Origin: Takakia lepidozioides
Lineage: Eukaryota > Plantae > Bryophyta
Assembly: GCA_030704615.1 (NCBI GenBank)
Contig: CM060734.1
Coordinates: 50,592,001 to 50,656,000 of the forward strand
Direction of reading: 5' to 3'
DNA: 64,000 nucleotides
Shown: piece after piece, positions 48,645-62,600 of the stretch
How the letters are laid out: each line of letters starts with the position of its first letter
How positions within the stretch are numbered: the first letter of the stretch is position 1
The notes under the pieces: generated by a model
Told to the model about the DNA's origin: nothing
Seen by the model: the letters and a program-made list of their open reading frames with translations, nothing else
Databases searched by the model: none
Position numbers and translations under genes: made by a program

Positions 48645-50754
48645 ATGGAGCCAGACGAAATAGGGGTAGTACTGGCAAGGGCTTCAGAGCTCCATGCAAA
48701 GATCAGTGATGCCATAGAGAGGGCTATGAAGTCGGAGTTCTTGCTGAGCACAGGTGGAAGAAGCCCAAGCGCAGGTGTAGACTCAGAGAATACGCCCTCT
48801 TCCCCGCGAGAGGCGTTGTCGGGAGATGGAGACAAGGAGTACGGAAGTGATTTATATGAGGGAGGGGGATTGGGGCCTGCGGTCGGTGATGGCAATGCCG
48901 AGGCCCGGAGCTTGGGGTCTATCCGGGATGCATTAGAAGTGCTGGAAGAACAACTTGAATCCTTACAGGTGCCATCCATTATGCTTATGTCTCACGCTCT
49001 GCGTCTCTGTGTGCCATTTTCCTCCTTCCCTTTTTTAATTCACTTTCCATTTGTTGTAGTTGATGACCATTTGGCTATGGCAAGCAAATCCTATTTGGTA
49101 CTTGTCGTTTTCTTTCTCCTGGCTGAAGGATTTAAATGTGTGTGTGTGTGTCTGGGAGGGAGGGAGAGAGATGTGAGCTTATGTTGTAATGCCTTGGTAT
49201 ACATAGAGGTTTTAGCCTTGCAGCCATAAACTCCCGAGGGCTGTAATACTTTAGGGTGGGGTGTCAATCTCAGTATCGCGTCGAGAGTGAGCTTTATTGA
49301 AGCTGGAAACATGCATGTTCAGTTGTAATTGAGAAGACCACTGGGTTATCATGCCAGCATAAGGCTGCAACCCTGTGCATATTCACCCAACCACCAAATG
49401 AGTACTGGTAATGTCAACTTGCCCCATACCATAGAGCTTGCCAGCAGGGTGTAGACATAGAAGTTTTGTTCCTTCCAGGTGCTGTAGTATGTTTGAGTTG
49501 CTAGATGGCATAACCAATACACCCTTGAGACCTGAAACTCCCACATGGAAGCAGGGATAGCTTTCACACCGTAGAGCAGTCAATGAACCGCCACTAGACT
49601 AGATCCATATCCATAACTTCATTTCTTCCATGAAGTTTTTCTGACCGAGACACCTTACCAAGCTGAGACTCCCACATGGAGGCAGGTTAGCTTACTTTAA
49701 CAAGAATCAATCTGGGCTACAAGTGTATGGAGTTCGTGTGCACTTTAATTGTGGAATCTGGGAACTATCTCACTGTCCAGTGCCCTGCAACCAAGCAAGA
49801 GGATCTTGACAAAGAATTTGGTTAGATCATGGGTAATGACACAATGCCCGGGACTTTCTTTCCACTTGGTAAGGAGGAGGTGATCTGGAGGCTAGCAGGT
49901 TGTGAATTGAGGTGCACCAGAAACATTCCAATATGTTCTGCTTATCATTATAAAATAGGCTCATCTGAACGATAAAACCTCTTTTGTCGAATCAGGCTAT
50001 GCAACAGCAGCAACGGACGGAGAAAGATGCAGCACTAGCAGACCTCGAAGAAAGCCGGCGAATTCTACTTCGAAGGTTGAAGGACCATCGGGGGTGTGAG
50101 TTGGAGGTGGTGCATGAAGCCTTGGCATTTGCTGGGGAGCCTGTGGCAGAGAGGGATGACCTGCCACTTCCCCCATACCCTATGCCTATTTCTGACTCCT
50201 CCTTTGTGCCTTCTCTTGAGGACGAGTCACCCCCTTTTCGTTCTACCCCACTTTCTCTCAGGGGTAATGGTGCTGTGAAGAAGCTTACATTAGGTGACAG
50301 CCAAGATGAAGAAAACGACGAGTTGATTGAGCTGGAGGAGGAAGAGGGTGAAGATGCGGACCAAGAGGAGGGCACCAGTCCACAGTATGAAACACAGAGG
50401 GGAAAGGAGGATGAAGGTTTTTGGCGGCTTCCTACAAATATTCTCAAGATTTCAGGGAGTGTGTTTGGTCACGCAACGAAGGCAGCATTGGTGGTGGTGA
50501 GTGTGATAGCATTTCTGGCTATTTCTCAGGTCGGCCAGGGAGGACACAAGAGAAGAGCTCCCCCACCCTATTCAGTAAAGAAGCCCTCTCCCATTCCACC
50601 ACCCCGTCCAAAGCCCGCCCCTTTGCATGAGTGCCCTTTTGGGAAAAAACTGATAATGCAGGATGGGTATCCCAAGTGTGTGGTAAAAGAACGCGTGGAA
50701 CTTCCATTTCCACGGGAAGTCAAGACACCTGATGTCTTGTATGGGCGTGGTTGA
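48645..50754 (+). CDS. PDV2: Plastid division protein PDV2-like (exons 48645-48968, 49996-50754)
   Basis: N-terminus MEPDEIGVVLARASELHAKISDAI, coiled coil, one TM segment, C-terminus KCVVKERVELPF...DVLYGRG ending in the conserved Gly. Phase-0 GT-AG intron. Confidence 0.88.
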
Positions 50755-51833
50755 TGCTCCTTTTTAAGAATTGTCTTTCTACTTGGAAGTGTAACAGAAT
50801 CATTTTGCAGTATGAAGTTTCTCTTAGCACGTGAGTTTCTCGGATGGAATAGAGTCTACCCCCATCTGAATGATGGGGTGGAGAAGAGCTCTGAGACAGA
50901 TAGAGACAGATAAGAGTTCTTCCTGGAAAGAGGGTGGGGATGCCTTTCTCTCTTCATACTCGATTTCATGAGTAGTGGATGTATATTAGACCAGCAGGTG
51001 CACTTGCATTTAAATTGCAAACATTTATCCTCTGGATTCTCTCACAGAATTCTCATTGAATCAGCCTCAGAGGAGTGTTATGTGTGTGTGTGTGTGAGAC
51101 CGATATATAGCCATTGATATTCTGCATAGTGACCGAGAAAAGCCTTTCTTAACATAATCAGTACTGCACACTGGGCAACAAGTAGATTAATTGTCACTTT
51201 GTGATCTAGGAGGTTTTGGATCCCTAGGAGATGTGACATGTAAAAGACACCTTGGCATAATTTTACATGGCACTGAAATAGAGTAGGTTAAGTTGCGGTG
51301 GGTGGTTTGTCCTTCTGATGGGCACTGTTCGCCTCAAAATTTCTAGCCCAAGATTTTGAAATAACCTAATGACACATCCCTAGTCCCAAAGGCTGCACCT
51401 GCCTACTTGCAGCAAGTTGGTTTTGATGTTTGGAGGGAGATTTGTCTGCCCATCACAGGGGGTCGCAAAGTTGCTCAAATGAGTGGAGATGGCCTCAGTC
51501 AGTTCCCATTGTACCACTAGCTAAGCATAAAGGGACGATTAGTGGTGATGGCTTCAGTGGTGGCATTGATGCTTAGAAAAACTGTCATGTTTTTTAACGA
51601 ATTTTAGTGGTACTAATCATTACTCACTTGCTCTCTTCTCAACACATCTTACTCTTTACTGAAATATCACCTAATTTACAGCCACGCATGCTCAATCATT
51701 TAGAAAACATTCATGTCTAGTGTGTCATTCAGTTCTGAAAAATTTCTGAAGGTTATCAGATGAGGGACAAAAGGTCATTCCAACACTGACAAGCAGGGAC
51801 AAAATTGTGCTTGATATTCCCTGGGGCTATCGG

Positions 51834-53245
51834 TTACTTGGAGGTCCATAACTCCCAGTCATAATGCAGATGACCACGTGCCCAACCAAGGGCAGCAAGC
51901 ACTGCTTTATCTACCCCTGGCAATCCTTCTCCCTCTAGTGCTGTTCTCATCTTTCCAAACGGCTCAATTGACAAGGTGCCTTCATAGCCTGCCACAAAAT
52001 CCCGGAAGACCTGTATGCAAACCACCATCCCTCAGGCACATCTCATTTGCTACAGTCATATCCTTTCTTTTGCACCAGGGTCATGTGACATGGTTGAGCA
52101 CACAGAATCACTGCCTTTGCAGACCAAGCATTCAAATGTGATGCCTGAAACTAGTGGGCATTTCAAAATCAAAATGGTCTTCATGTCCTCAACCACAAAA
52201 AGTTACCAATTAATGCTGAGCTGATACAAAATGGGCTATGCCTTGTTGAGAAGGTAGGTTATCCACCCATCTCCAGCATTTTCATAAGCAAAAGTAGAAG
52301 GGTATAAAGTAACACCCCACATTGTGAAAGCTATGTGGTGGGTTCTACTTACTACTGTAGCATAGATGACACAGGCAATGATGAATTCGACAAGTTGAGT
52401 ACAAATTAGTTCAGTATTCGATCATCAGACACTGACCTTGGCACACACATCTGCAATCTTCACCTTGGCATCGGACAACTCCTCGGCACTTTCAAGCTGT
52501 GCCAACAAACCGTCCCGAAATTTGGAGGTCTCCTGTACTCCTCCATAAAACCCAGCGTAAAAGAGACTTGTATAGTCAAATGTGTTTGAATTTTGGCGAT
52601 GGAAAACAAAATTGGAAATCAGACGCTGGGGGAGAAATCCTGCCCAAGTGTTTCTGCTCCTTCCCTCGCATAAGTGTGTCCGTTCCAGATGATAAACACT
52701 CTAGTTTGCGCCTACGCTGGACTTCCTCCAGTAAGGAACTCACAATTTGGACAATATCGAGCGCTAGGAGCCGACCTACCTCCTTCCCACACTGACTATG
52801 GGGCTTCGATACACATTTCCTTTGGACTTATGGCTGTGCAAGAAAGAAAGGCAGATGAAAATGCCAAACAGACGGAAAGCAGTGACTTTGGAAAGCAGAG
52901 ACAGTGTTTTACGAAACACTGTACAACGAAACTCGAAAGAATGTACTCACAAGACTTTCTTTGCCGTAGTTCCCGCGAGAGAGAGAGAGAGAGAGAGAGA
53001 ACCTGGTCGGCAAAGTCTGCAAGCTGCGAACTTGCCAGGGGCGTTGCAACAGGTCTAGCCCAAGCTATCTGTTGAGTGCGTGGCGGTGGGAAGATTTCCA
53101 CAGAGGAACCCCAAAGCCCACATTCACGCCTGCACAATCCTACGACCTTTCTTCCTTCACCATTACTCCTTGCAAGGCAATGCAAGGCTGGGGCCGAGCT
53201 GAGGAAGCACCTTGTCACTGCCCGATCCACACACAAGAGCGCCAT
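51834..53245 (-). CDS. PRIN2: PLASTID REDOX INSENSITIVE 2-like protein (exons 53245-53003, 52532-52437, 52010-51834; 171 aa)
   Basis: Transit-peptide-like N-terminus, then DFADQ/ETSKFRDGLL...DVCAK/VFRDFV..GTLSIEPF...LPG..A...A..WA..H...DWELWT matching PRIN2. Both introns GT-AG, phase 0. Confidence 0.82.
52977..53000. repeat. (GA)n microsatellite at the start of PRIN2-like intron 1
   Basis: Perfect GA run. Confidence 0.9.
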
Positions 53246-53321
53246 CTCTGCGTTGCTGCGACTGCTTGCCCGGTCCTCTCTCTCTGTGCAAAACAACGTG
53301 GATGGGAACCGTTGAGATCAA

Positions 53322-53456
53322 GGAATAATGCTTTCACAGTAAGCATATCCTGCCTTCACAGTAAGAATATCCGTTTTCAGAGGAATAATTCCTTCACAGT
53401 AAGCATATCCTTTTTTAGAAGAATAATGCTTTCACAATAAGAATATCCGTTTCCAC
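53322..53456. promoter_or_regulatory. Repeated TTCACA(G/A)TAAG(C/A)ATATCC motif (4 copies) in a short divergent intergenic region
   Basis: Lies between head-to-head start codons at 53245(-) and ~53633(+). Regulatory role is inferred from position only. Confidence 0.45.
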
Positions 53457-53632
53457 AAAGTCTGACTTGACGCTTTTTTTTAAGCATGGGGCCAGAAAGA
53501 ACCAAGAGTTGCGTAAAAGATGCGGGAGGGTGTGAAGAGGGAGAAAGGCTTGCCTTTCTCCCTCTGTCTGCGCGAGTGTTGGTCTCTGTGCGAGCGATGG
53601 CGGAAGCCCCTCGGGTTCTGCAGTGAGGCAGA

Positions 53633-56600
53633 ATGTCAGGGGCGAGCAAGTTTGGGAGGGGGGAGGGCGGGGGCCGTCCCGCCTGGTGGCGGCCCCGCCA
53701 CCATTGGGACGAGGAATGACGGCCATGACGAGGAGGGGCGGGTGGGGATGAAGGGGAAGGGGGGAAAGAGTCGGGGGTAATTGGAAAGGGGAGTAGTGGT
53801 GCTGCGCCTTCACAAGAGGAGAGCTTCCAGCTGATTTCGGAGCAGCTTGGAGTGCGGCCGCCGTTTGCCATGGCAATCCGTCTTACGCCCGGACTTCTGG
53901 ACGAGCTGAAGCGTGTGGAAGCGGGCGGGGTGTGTTCAATGAAGTTTGGGGCAAGCGCAGGGGGCCATGTGAGTCTCGCTGCAAACCAGAATTGAATTGT
54001 GTAAATGGATTTGCAACTTATCTGACACCACACTCCCCACCACCACTGCCACTACTTCTATGCTAGTGGTTTGCAGCCTTCTTCTCAGTCTCCTCTGCCG
54101 ATTATTCGCTAGGAGCGAATTTCCTGGTTTCTCCTCTGACTCACTCATCTCAACAAGCATGAATTATTGTCTAATGTTGTTTTCTCCTCTCCACCGGCCT
54201 CCTTCTTAGTGTGCTAACATCCTACCGTTGCCTAAAGCTTCTCTCCATGTCTTGGGGGATCCTCCATGGGCATTGCCTCCTCCTTTGCCCTTTGATTTTC
54301 CCCTTCCGTGATGCTCTCACTTTCTATACTTCTTTATGACTCGGGTTTTCTTTATTCCCAGGCAACCTAGGGTTTACCAGCCGGGCAATTTTGTAATCAA
54401 GCCTCCTAACCCTAATTCTAGGATAACTCTGAATTAGGGACGGGTTTCCACAGAGTTTCCAAATCAACTCATGAATACAATTTGGCCTAATCCCTTACCT
54501 CCGAAGATTGATATTACACTGTAAGGTCTTATTGTTTTTGGTCTTAGTTAGTTGAATGTAGAATTTATTAGATCTCTGTTTTATGGTTCATTATCTCTTG
54601 TTGAATTCAATAGCATGTCAGCAGCAACCATCAGTGAATGGACTAGTGAACGATCTCAATTCACGGAGGTACCAGAGGAGTGCGTTGAGACTGTTTAATG
54701 AAGACCTGTCTGACCTTTGATCAAGGTGTTTGCAGTCCCTTCAAGCAAGCAACTTTTTACTGTTCATTCACTTTCAACTGTGTTGAAAGAGATCACATAA
54801 GTGGTCGTGGAAAAATTTGGTTTTACACTTGATTAGATTGTGTGCTGATTGGTAAATGATGCCATACCTTTGTGATAGTTATCTTGTTGATATTCCATGC
54901 ACGTTGCTTTGATATTCCTTGCCTCAGCAACCGTTCGGCAAAAAGGTCAATTGTCAAACTATTCTTCCATGGGATCCTACTTACTGCCCAGCAGGAACGA
55001 AAGCATGTGCAACTTGATTGTTCAATGAGCAGCAAGAATTATTCAAATGTCTGCATAGGAAACTACCCTGAGGCACATGTGAGGCGTCAAATGAGAATAA
55101 GCAATGACTCTGTTTACGTAGTCATGGCTGGGTCACATATTTTTAACTTTTTGATCTACTCCAATTTTACATGAATTTTTAACATGGGGCATTGAACCTG
55201 TCTTGGAGCTTAAGACGTTCATGGGTAGTAACCATGCCAAGTCTTTTGTTCTCTGGAACTCTTCCTTCCTTAATGAAGAATTGAAGAATTGTGTGCCTAG
55301 AATTTTCTTTCCTAACTCCCTGATTAGGAGGCACCCCCTGGGGCTGACCTTTTCTGGGTAGGCATACCTTGGCACCATACTAGATCCATTTGAGTTCCAT
55401 GTGAAATGGGTTGGCCATTTTTACAGAGATCTCTGGCAGTGCAATCAAGGTAAAGGGTCAGGAGCGTTGGCTATCAACAACATACTTCCTGCCCTTAGCA
55501 CCAGTCATCAAGAAATATAACCCTTATATCAGATCAGTCCTAACAACAGTTTTATTGCTGTGGCATATGACCTTTGTATATGGATGCATCCATAAGCTGG
55601 GCCCATGCTCAACAAGCAGACTTTCGTAGCTGCCTTGTAGCATACTAACTGTCTTTCTAAATGTGAGGGTTTGATGTCAGGTTTCAGAGAGTCAGTTTTT
55701 GTCGTCAGGAAGTCACCCGTTAATCAGAGTTACGGTGTAAGCTGTTGATCACTGTATCTCAATTGAGAGTTTTGGATCTGATGACTTGGTCGTGAACTGG
55801 CGCAGGTGATAAAGGTAGGTGAGGAGGAGTTTAAACTGTCATCGGCACCGGAGCCTGGGGACCTGTGTGATATTTTTGAAGAGGAGCGACGTGGTGAAGA
55901 TGGGCAAGGCCGACTAGTTGAGGCAGGGTCAGTGTGGCGCAAGCTGTCGGTCATCCGTACCCTGAGTGCCACTGAGAAAGACCGTGTGAAGAAGCGGTCT
56001 GTGGAGGCAGAACGCCAACAGAAGTCACGCAAGTATGTTTTTTCTAGCATTCTTTCAAGATAACAAGTTAAGATCAAAGCAACTTTACTTATGGCATGGT
56101 TAGAAGATTTGAAAACCTCACAGTCCAGACCTGGATCTCTGTTTAGAAATCGGCACAGATCTGAGAAATGGAATCCATATAGCAGCGAATTCACTTACAA
56201 CAATATAAGTTGGTTTTTATTGGCTTACTTCACCCAAGCACTGTGGAAAGTGAAACATAGGCCAAGAGAGCGGGAAGAAAATCAGAGTTAGCTCAACACC
56301 TGACACTTGCATCTGAACTGTGCAGGGCAATAATTTTGGATCCAAACCACTCTCTTGTCAATAATCAAGCAGCTTCTTCTGGGGATGGTGAGTAAAATCA
56401 TTTGGTTGATAGTTGCTCATCAATGGTATTACTTGGAATCCTCTTAGGTGTGATGTTATTCAACTTTCTATCATGCTCTGAAAATCAAGAAAAGCAGAGT
56501 GACACATAAGAAAGTTTTGCACCAATGAGAAGCTCAATGCAGGCTTGGTTGCAGCTTCAATTGCCCCTTTGACCAATCTCAGCAAGTCATCTCTCTCGAT

Positions 56601-59600
56601 TTCTCTGCCCGTACACTCTTTCTCCTGTCTCTTGCCTCTTTCCAGTTGATTCTTAGTGGCCATCCCCTATAGCTCTCCCTTTCTATCTCATTGACCTCTA
56701 ACATGAGGTCAGTCCTTGCTTGAAATGGCTTGACAAAAATTACAACTATTATCTCTGCCTTTAGAACAACCTAACCTTGTTTGACATGCCTTTTCCATTA
56801 AGATCCTTGTCCCAGCATTGCATGATGTAGGGTACTCATACAAGGGAAGTGATATAGGTTGGTGGGTCACTACCGCCAAAGCTGTGGAGGCACCGATGGT
56901 TGGATAAGCATATAGATCTAACCACAAGCTAGGTTTCAGGGATGATAAGCAACTGGGAAATTGGATGACTTGAGTTTATCTTTGACCTCTGTTGTGGGAT
57001 TGATTTGGAATGGCTGTGCTCTAGTTTTGCAACCTGCTGATGTTTCTCATGAAGAAGGGATGCTGCTATTGCTTGATAAATAAATTGACATGTTTCTGAT
57101 AAGTTGGGTGGGCATCTTGAGCAGCAAATGGACGAAGGGGGGCACTGAAGACCAAGAAGGACCCTCCTAAGAAGAAGCAAAAGGTGGCAATAAGCAGCCC
57201 TGGTAATTCCTCACGAATATGCGTCCCCTTGGCTGTCCAAGCCATCTCTAACCCCGAGTGTTTCTGTTTGGTTTGCAGACTAAAATCAAGGCTTCGACTC
57301 TTACTTTTCCACCACAATCATGGGATAGATTTTTCAACCCCGCGAAATTATGTAATGTGGTAGTGTCAAGTACCCACGTGGGGTGAAGTCTTGTCCATGC
57401 TGGTGAAGTATTGTCATTGGCGATGGTTGCTGAAGACGGTATATTGACCTTTTTCATTGAGTAGACTTATTGGCTAATGACCTATCGCAATTGTCACCTG
57501 AGTTTCCTCTGTGCCAGTTGCTGCAATTGCTAGCAGTTTTGACTAGAAAATACCCTAGCATCTTGTTAAGTGGACATATCATTGCTTTCTTGTTTTGTTA
57601 CCTCACTGGACCCTCCTAATGCCCCTCAATAGTGCTGATTTACTTTGAAGCAAATTGATGCTTGGAAAGAATTGCTGGTAGAGAAGATGACAGCCAAAAA
57701 GCACCAACATGCACCTGAGATTTTTTTATAGCCAGCTACTGTAGAAAGCTTGTGAATTTGAGGGGTTATGGGCTTCTGTTTTTTGTTCTCTGTCTTTCCT
57801 TATCTATTTCTGTGCTTTTGTCTGCAGCTGTCCCTGTAAAGCCAAAGTCAGTGGCTGCAGCAGCACCCCCACCAGCCACTGCTAGACCAACGAGAGCAGT
57901 TTCCATCTGTAGAAAGCTTGTGTATTTGAGGGATTATGGGCTTCTGTTTTTTGTTCTCTGTCTTTCCTTATCTATTTCCGTACTTTTGTCTGCAGCTGTC
58001 CCTGTAAAGCCAAAGTCAGTGGCTGCAGCAGCACCCCCACCAGCCACTGCTAGACCAACGAGAGCAGTTTCCATCTCCTCACCTGAGCCTCCTCCGGTTC
58101 GGGCACCAGTGATGCTTCCCCCAAGGGGGCGCCTGACAGGTGATGATAGTGCGATTGCACCTCCTCCAAAGCCGAGCACTGTCGTGCAGAAGGATAAGAC
58201 CCCTAGCCCGGCTGCTATCACAGCTGAAGCAGGTGGGTCTGCCAAGGCTGGGGCAGCTGTCAATACAATTGAGCTGCGCAATTGTCTCATCACTCTGCTT
58301 ACAGATAATCCCAAAGGAATGACAATCAAGGTTTGTTTGGCAACTCGTTTGAAGCATGGTGTCTGGTGCTAGTTCCTTCAATTTCAGAATTTGTCTATTA
58401 AAGGCACAGAGATGTATATGGGAGTTTTACAAAGGTCACATGGCTCTTGAGAAATTCCTTTGAAGTTGCTGATCAATCTCTACCACCTGCATACGCACTA
58501 CCAAACAGAATTGAGGGTTGCCCTCACTTGTTGAACTCCCGCAAGGAAGCACTGGCAAGCAACATCTGTTAGTATAATTTCTTTTTGGCAGCAGATTTTT
58601 ATCACCAAGGTATTTTGCCCATGTCTCTGTGACAACTCGATAGAATCGATGAGCCCTGTAGGGATGAAAATTGTTTTGCTTCCACAGGCAGTTGAAAAAG
58701 CCTTGGGAGAGGCAATGGCTAATGTGAGGCCCGAAAGAAAAACCATCGAGAAGGCCATCAAAGCAGTAAGTATCAGTCAAACCCTGCTGGAGCCTCAAAG
58801 GCTTGGGGTGGTATGCTTGGGACGGTATGTTAGTTTTGTACACTGGCAGTAGAGCAGAGCAGGCAGGGCAGGGCAGGGCAGGCAATTCTTGATTGAGGAC
58901 TTTCTTGTGAACTGAGTCTTTGAATTATTTACTCTGTTTTCTCATAATGTATTGAGACATGCAAAGCTGATTTTCCTACTATGTCAGCTCTCTGACCTGG
59001 TTCCCCTAAAAAGGTCCACAAGCTTGTCTAACTTCTCTCTACATTTTCAAAGGTTGAAAGTAGTTTACTCACGGTTGTTTTTATCCTCCCTTGAAACCTA
59101 GCCCTTTTGTTGGAATGCATGGCCTGATTATTCAGGAATCCAGAATTTTGTATGCGATTTCTGCTCCATGTTGTCTGAATGCTTAGCTTGCTTGCAGAGG
59201 CATGATAGAAAAGTCAAAGATAAGTCCATCTGACTTCTATCATCTTGGCTGGTTTCAGATTGCTTCCTATCATGCACCCGGGAAGTATATGCTGAAAGAG
59301 GGAGTCAAGAAGGGAAGCTTCGCAAAACCCTCCCCTGGTAGTGGAAGGTGAATCCACTTTTCTGTGACTCATTATTGCAGCTTTTGATGATTAAATTGTA
59401 GCATAGCAAGGACACAGAATTTCAGATGGACAAGGGCCATGTAGCTCAAGCAGAAATTAATGGTTTTGCTAAGCTTATCTTATTAATGCTGTTGGTGCTC
59501 GTCCTTGGCAGCTCTCCAGAAATTGCTCCGGCAGATTCGCCTCCTTTAGTGGACTCCCCTGCACTCACCGAGTTGGCCTCCGATGTAGCTCCTGAGGCAG

Positions 59601-62600
59601 GCAATGACACAGGTTCAGGAGGCCTGCTTGGGGAGAGACCGTCAGTCCCCCCAAGTGACTTCCATAGAGCAGATGGAACTAGTCGGAGCTCTTCTATTTC
59701 TGTGCAAAGGGCAGGAGAGACTGCAATAGGTCGAGCTATTCGGAAGGCTGGGGAGATGATGCGTGGGAATGCTGAAAGATCCCAGCCCACAATCTCTGAA
59801 AGAATGAGCTCCAGTACTGCTACTCAACGTCAGAAGCCAGAGTTTGTCAGTACAAAGCAAGCTTCACCACATGGGCAAGAATCAGGACCAGATGTGGAGC
59901 AAATTAGCGTTGGAGGGGATGAGAGCCCCAATAAGGAAAGAGCTGAAGCTGAAAGTGGGCTGTACATGAAAGAGAAGGAGGCAAGGACAGACTCTGGTGT
60001 TCTGCTGGAATCTCACGCAGGGCCCTTAGAAGTCGGGGGAGAGTCAGCCCCTGGTTCTCCCAAGGTGGATGTCAAGGGGGGGAATAGTGCTGGGAGTGAC
60101 AGTAGCAGCTCAAGTGGCAGTGGAAGTGAGAGTGATAGTGACAGTGAAGCCAGCCGCAGTGGAAGTGACAGTCACAGCGATACCAGGTGTGCAATTATGA
60201 TTGATCCTCCTTTGTACACTGGTCATTTGGGGAGTGGTGTAGAAGCTTTTCTTTAAGCTTTGTGACGATTATATTCTAAATCAGAAGGTTGCTGTAGTTG
60301 ATTTAGCATATTTACTTCCTTCAATTTTGCTAACAGATTGCATTTGTGGAAAATGACAGTCACAGTGGAAGTGGAACGGAGAGCGACAGTGATGCTAGCA
60401 GTAGTAGTGGTAGTGAGGATGAGAACATGGATGAAGATGTGGACATCATAAGTGAGGATGAGGAGAAGGCAGCTCCTAACACAGGAGATGCCTTACGCCC
60501 AAAAACCAAGGCAAAGGATGCCAAAACACAGCTGCAGCGCCAGGACAGCAAGGCCCAAAAACAAGTGGGTACCATCTTCTCTGTTGGCCACGCTGACAGT
60601 TATAAAGAGTAGTTGTTCTTGTGGACCCAAGACGTCCCAATATACGCTGTTGCTAAGTTTACGAAGTCCTAGGCTATGAAAAGAGAGAAATATGTTAGAG
60701 CTGTGGTGGCGCAGCTGTACCAGGTGATTCATGTCATGGGATTGATATGATTGTTGAATTTGATTGTCTTGTGCATTGGCAGGTTGTTAGCATTCATACT
60801 GAGCATGTGTTGATTTCCATTTGCAAGTATTTATAAACAGATGTCCACTCTCAATAACATGTAGCTAACAATGTAATACAATTCATGGAGCAGGCATCCA
60901 AGCAAGCCAAGCGGGCAAGATCAAAGGTTCCAGAGAAGGTATTGATCCCTTTGAACCCAGAAGAGGTTGACATTGGCAGCATGGTGGAGGGTTGTGAGGC
61001 AACAGTCCCCAAGTGCACTGATGAGGTGGAGAAGATGGGCGAGGGTGTTGAGACATTGGACACCAATGCAGATGCAGAGGTGGACGTGATCTCATGTGAT
61101 GGGGATGTAGGGTCGCCAAATCAATCTGGCCTTCGGTCTCCAGCTGTGTCATCCCGAAAGCAAAGTGAAGGCAGCACTGAGGAAGTTGAGGGTTCAGAAG
61201 GACAAAAGCTAGAAACTACTTGTGATAATAAGGAGGATGTTGGGGCAAGGGATAAGAGTGGTTCTGGATCTGACCAAAGCATTGGACTGTATAGAACGAA
61301 AACTGAAAACAGTGGGGCACACGGAATCACAACCAGGACAGATGACTGCGACTCCCTACAAGGAACCACTGGGAAACCAAACAGCGAAAGTCTGTCGCCT
61401 GAAGGGTTGGTCAAGGGTGGGGAGCCAAACCATCTGGAGAGAGATACCAACCTCGGGAAGGCAAAGGAATCTGAGAAGGTGAAGCCGCCAGCTTGGAGAG
61501 GTCGCAGAACCAATGACAGATCGACAAGTAAGGAGACTCATGTACATGGTGCCTCTCCTTCAATAGCTGACATCACATCAAGATCACTTCTGGGATCACC
61601 CGCAGTAAAGAAGGTTGGTAATGAGTCTGGTCCTTTGCCAGGAAAAGACACTGGTGCCAAGGGACGGGCAATGTCTGATGTGCGAAAGTCATTTGCCAAG
61701 GATGCTGGAGTGGCAGTCAAGACAGCCGAGGACATAGAGATGGGAGAATATGAACAGAAGACCATTGAGGTTTCCACAAAACCCTTGCAGGGATCAACAT
61801 GGATGGGAGATTCATCCAGTCGTGTCAGCAAGCAGGTGGAACCGCCACCCCTGCCTTGCATTGAAACAGAAACTTTGTCCAGAAACAGTGAGGGCAAGCC
61901 AAAAGGGCTGAGAGAGGGAGCACAACCAGCAGTTGTAGGGAGGGATCTGGGACACAGCAACACCGAACCTTTTGCCCGGCCTAGCAGGGAGATGGAACCC
62001 TTCGCCAGGCCTCCAAGAGATATGAATCTGCACTGGCGGAACAACCCAGATGCTGGGTTGCTTGGGAGACCTGATGTGGACTTTTTGGGACGGCCCACAA
62101 ATAAAGAATTGGACCTGACTAATGTCTATGCCAGCAAGGACACAGGGTTCTTGGGCAGGCCAAGTAGGGACTCAAAACAGGTGCGAAGGCCAACTAGAGA
62201 TCCCGAGCCATTGAGACGAAGTGAGCCTGCAAAGGAGACAGACACCAGTGGAAAATCTGGTAAAGATGTTGACATGGCTGCAAGGTTTGTAAATGAGGGT
62301 GAGCCTCCTAATAGCAGGCTTAGGGAAGGGAGAAAGACTGAGCCAAATAGACTGGGTAAAGGTTTGTTGAAAATTGACAGCAATGACAGTGGTCTTTTTA
62401 AACGGAATGAGGATGAAGGTAGAGGGGGTTCCGACCTCGAGCTAGGTGAGTGGAGGGAGAGTACTCCAGGGGAAGAGCATGGTGACGAGAGAGTGATAGA
62501 TGTCACTCGAAGCGAACTGGTGAAAGGCAGGGAAGCTACTGATGGGGGTGCAAGTAATAGGTCTTTGGGGACTAAAGGGCAAGTCAGTCCACTAAAGGAC

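Noticed and set aside
48645-53245. Functional plastid gene cluster (PDV2, PRIN2, PPR)
   Set aside because: Plastid-targeted genes are common, and adjacency alone is not evidence of a cluster.
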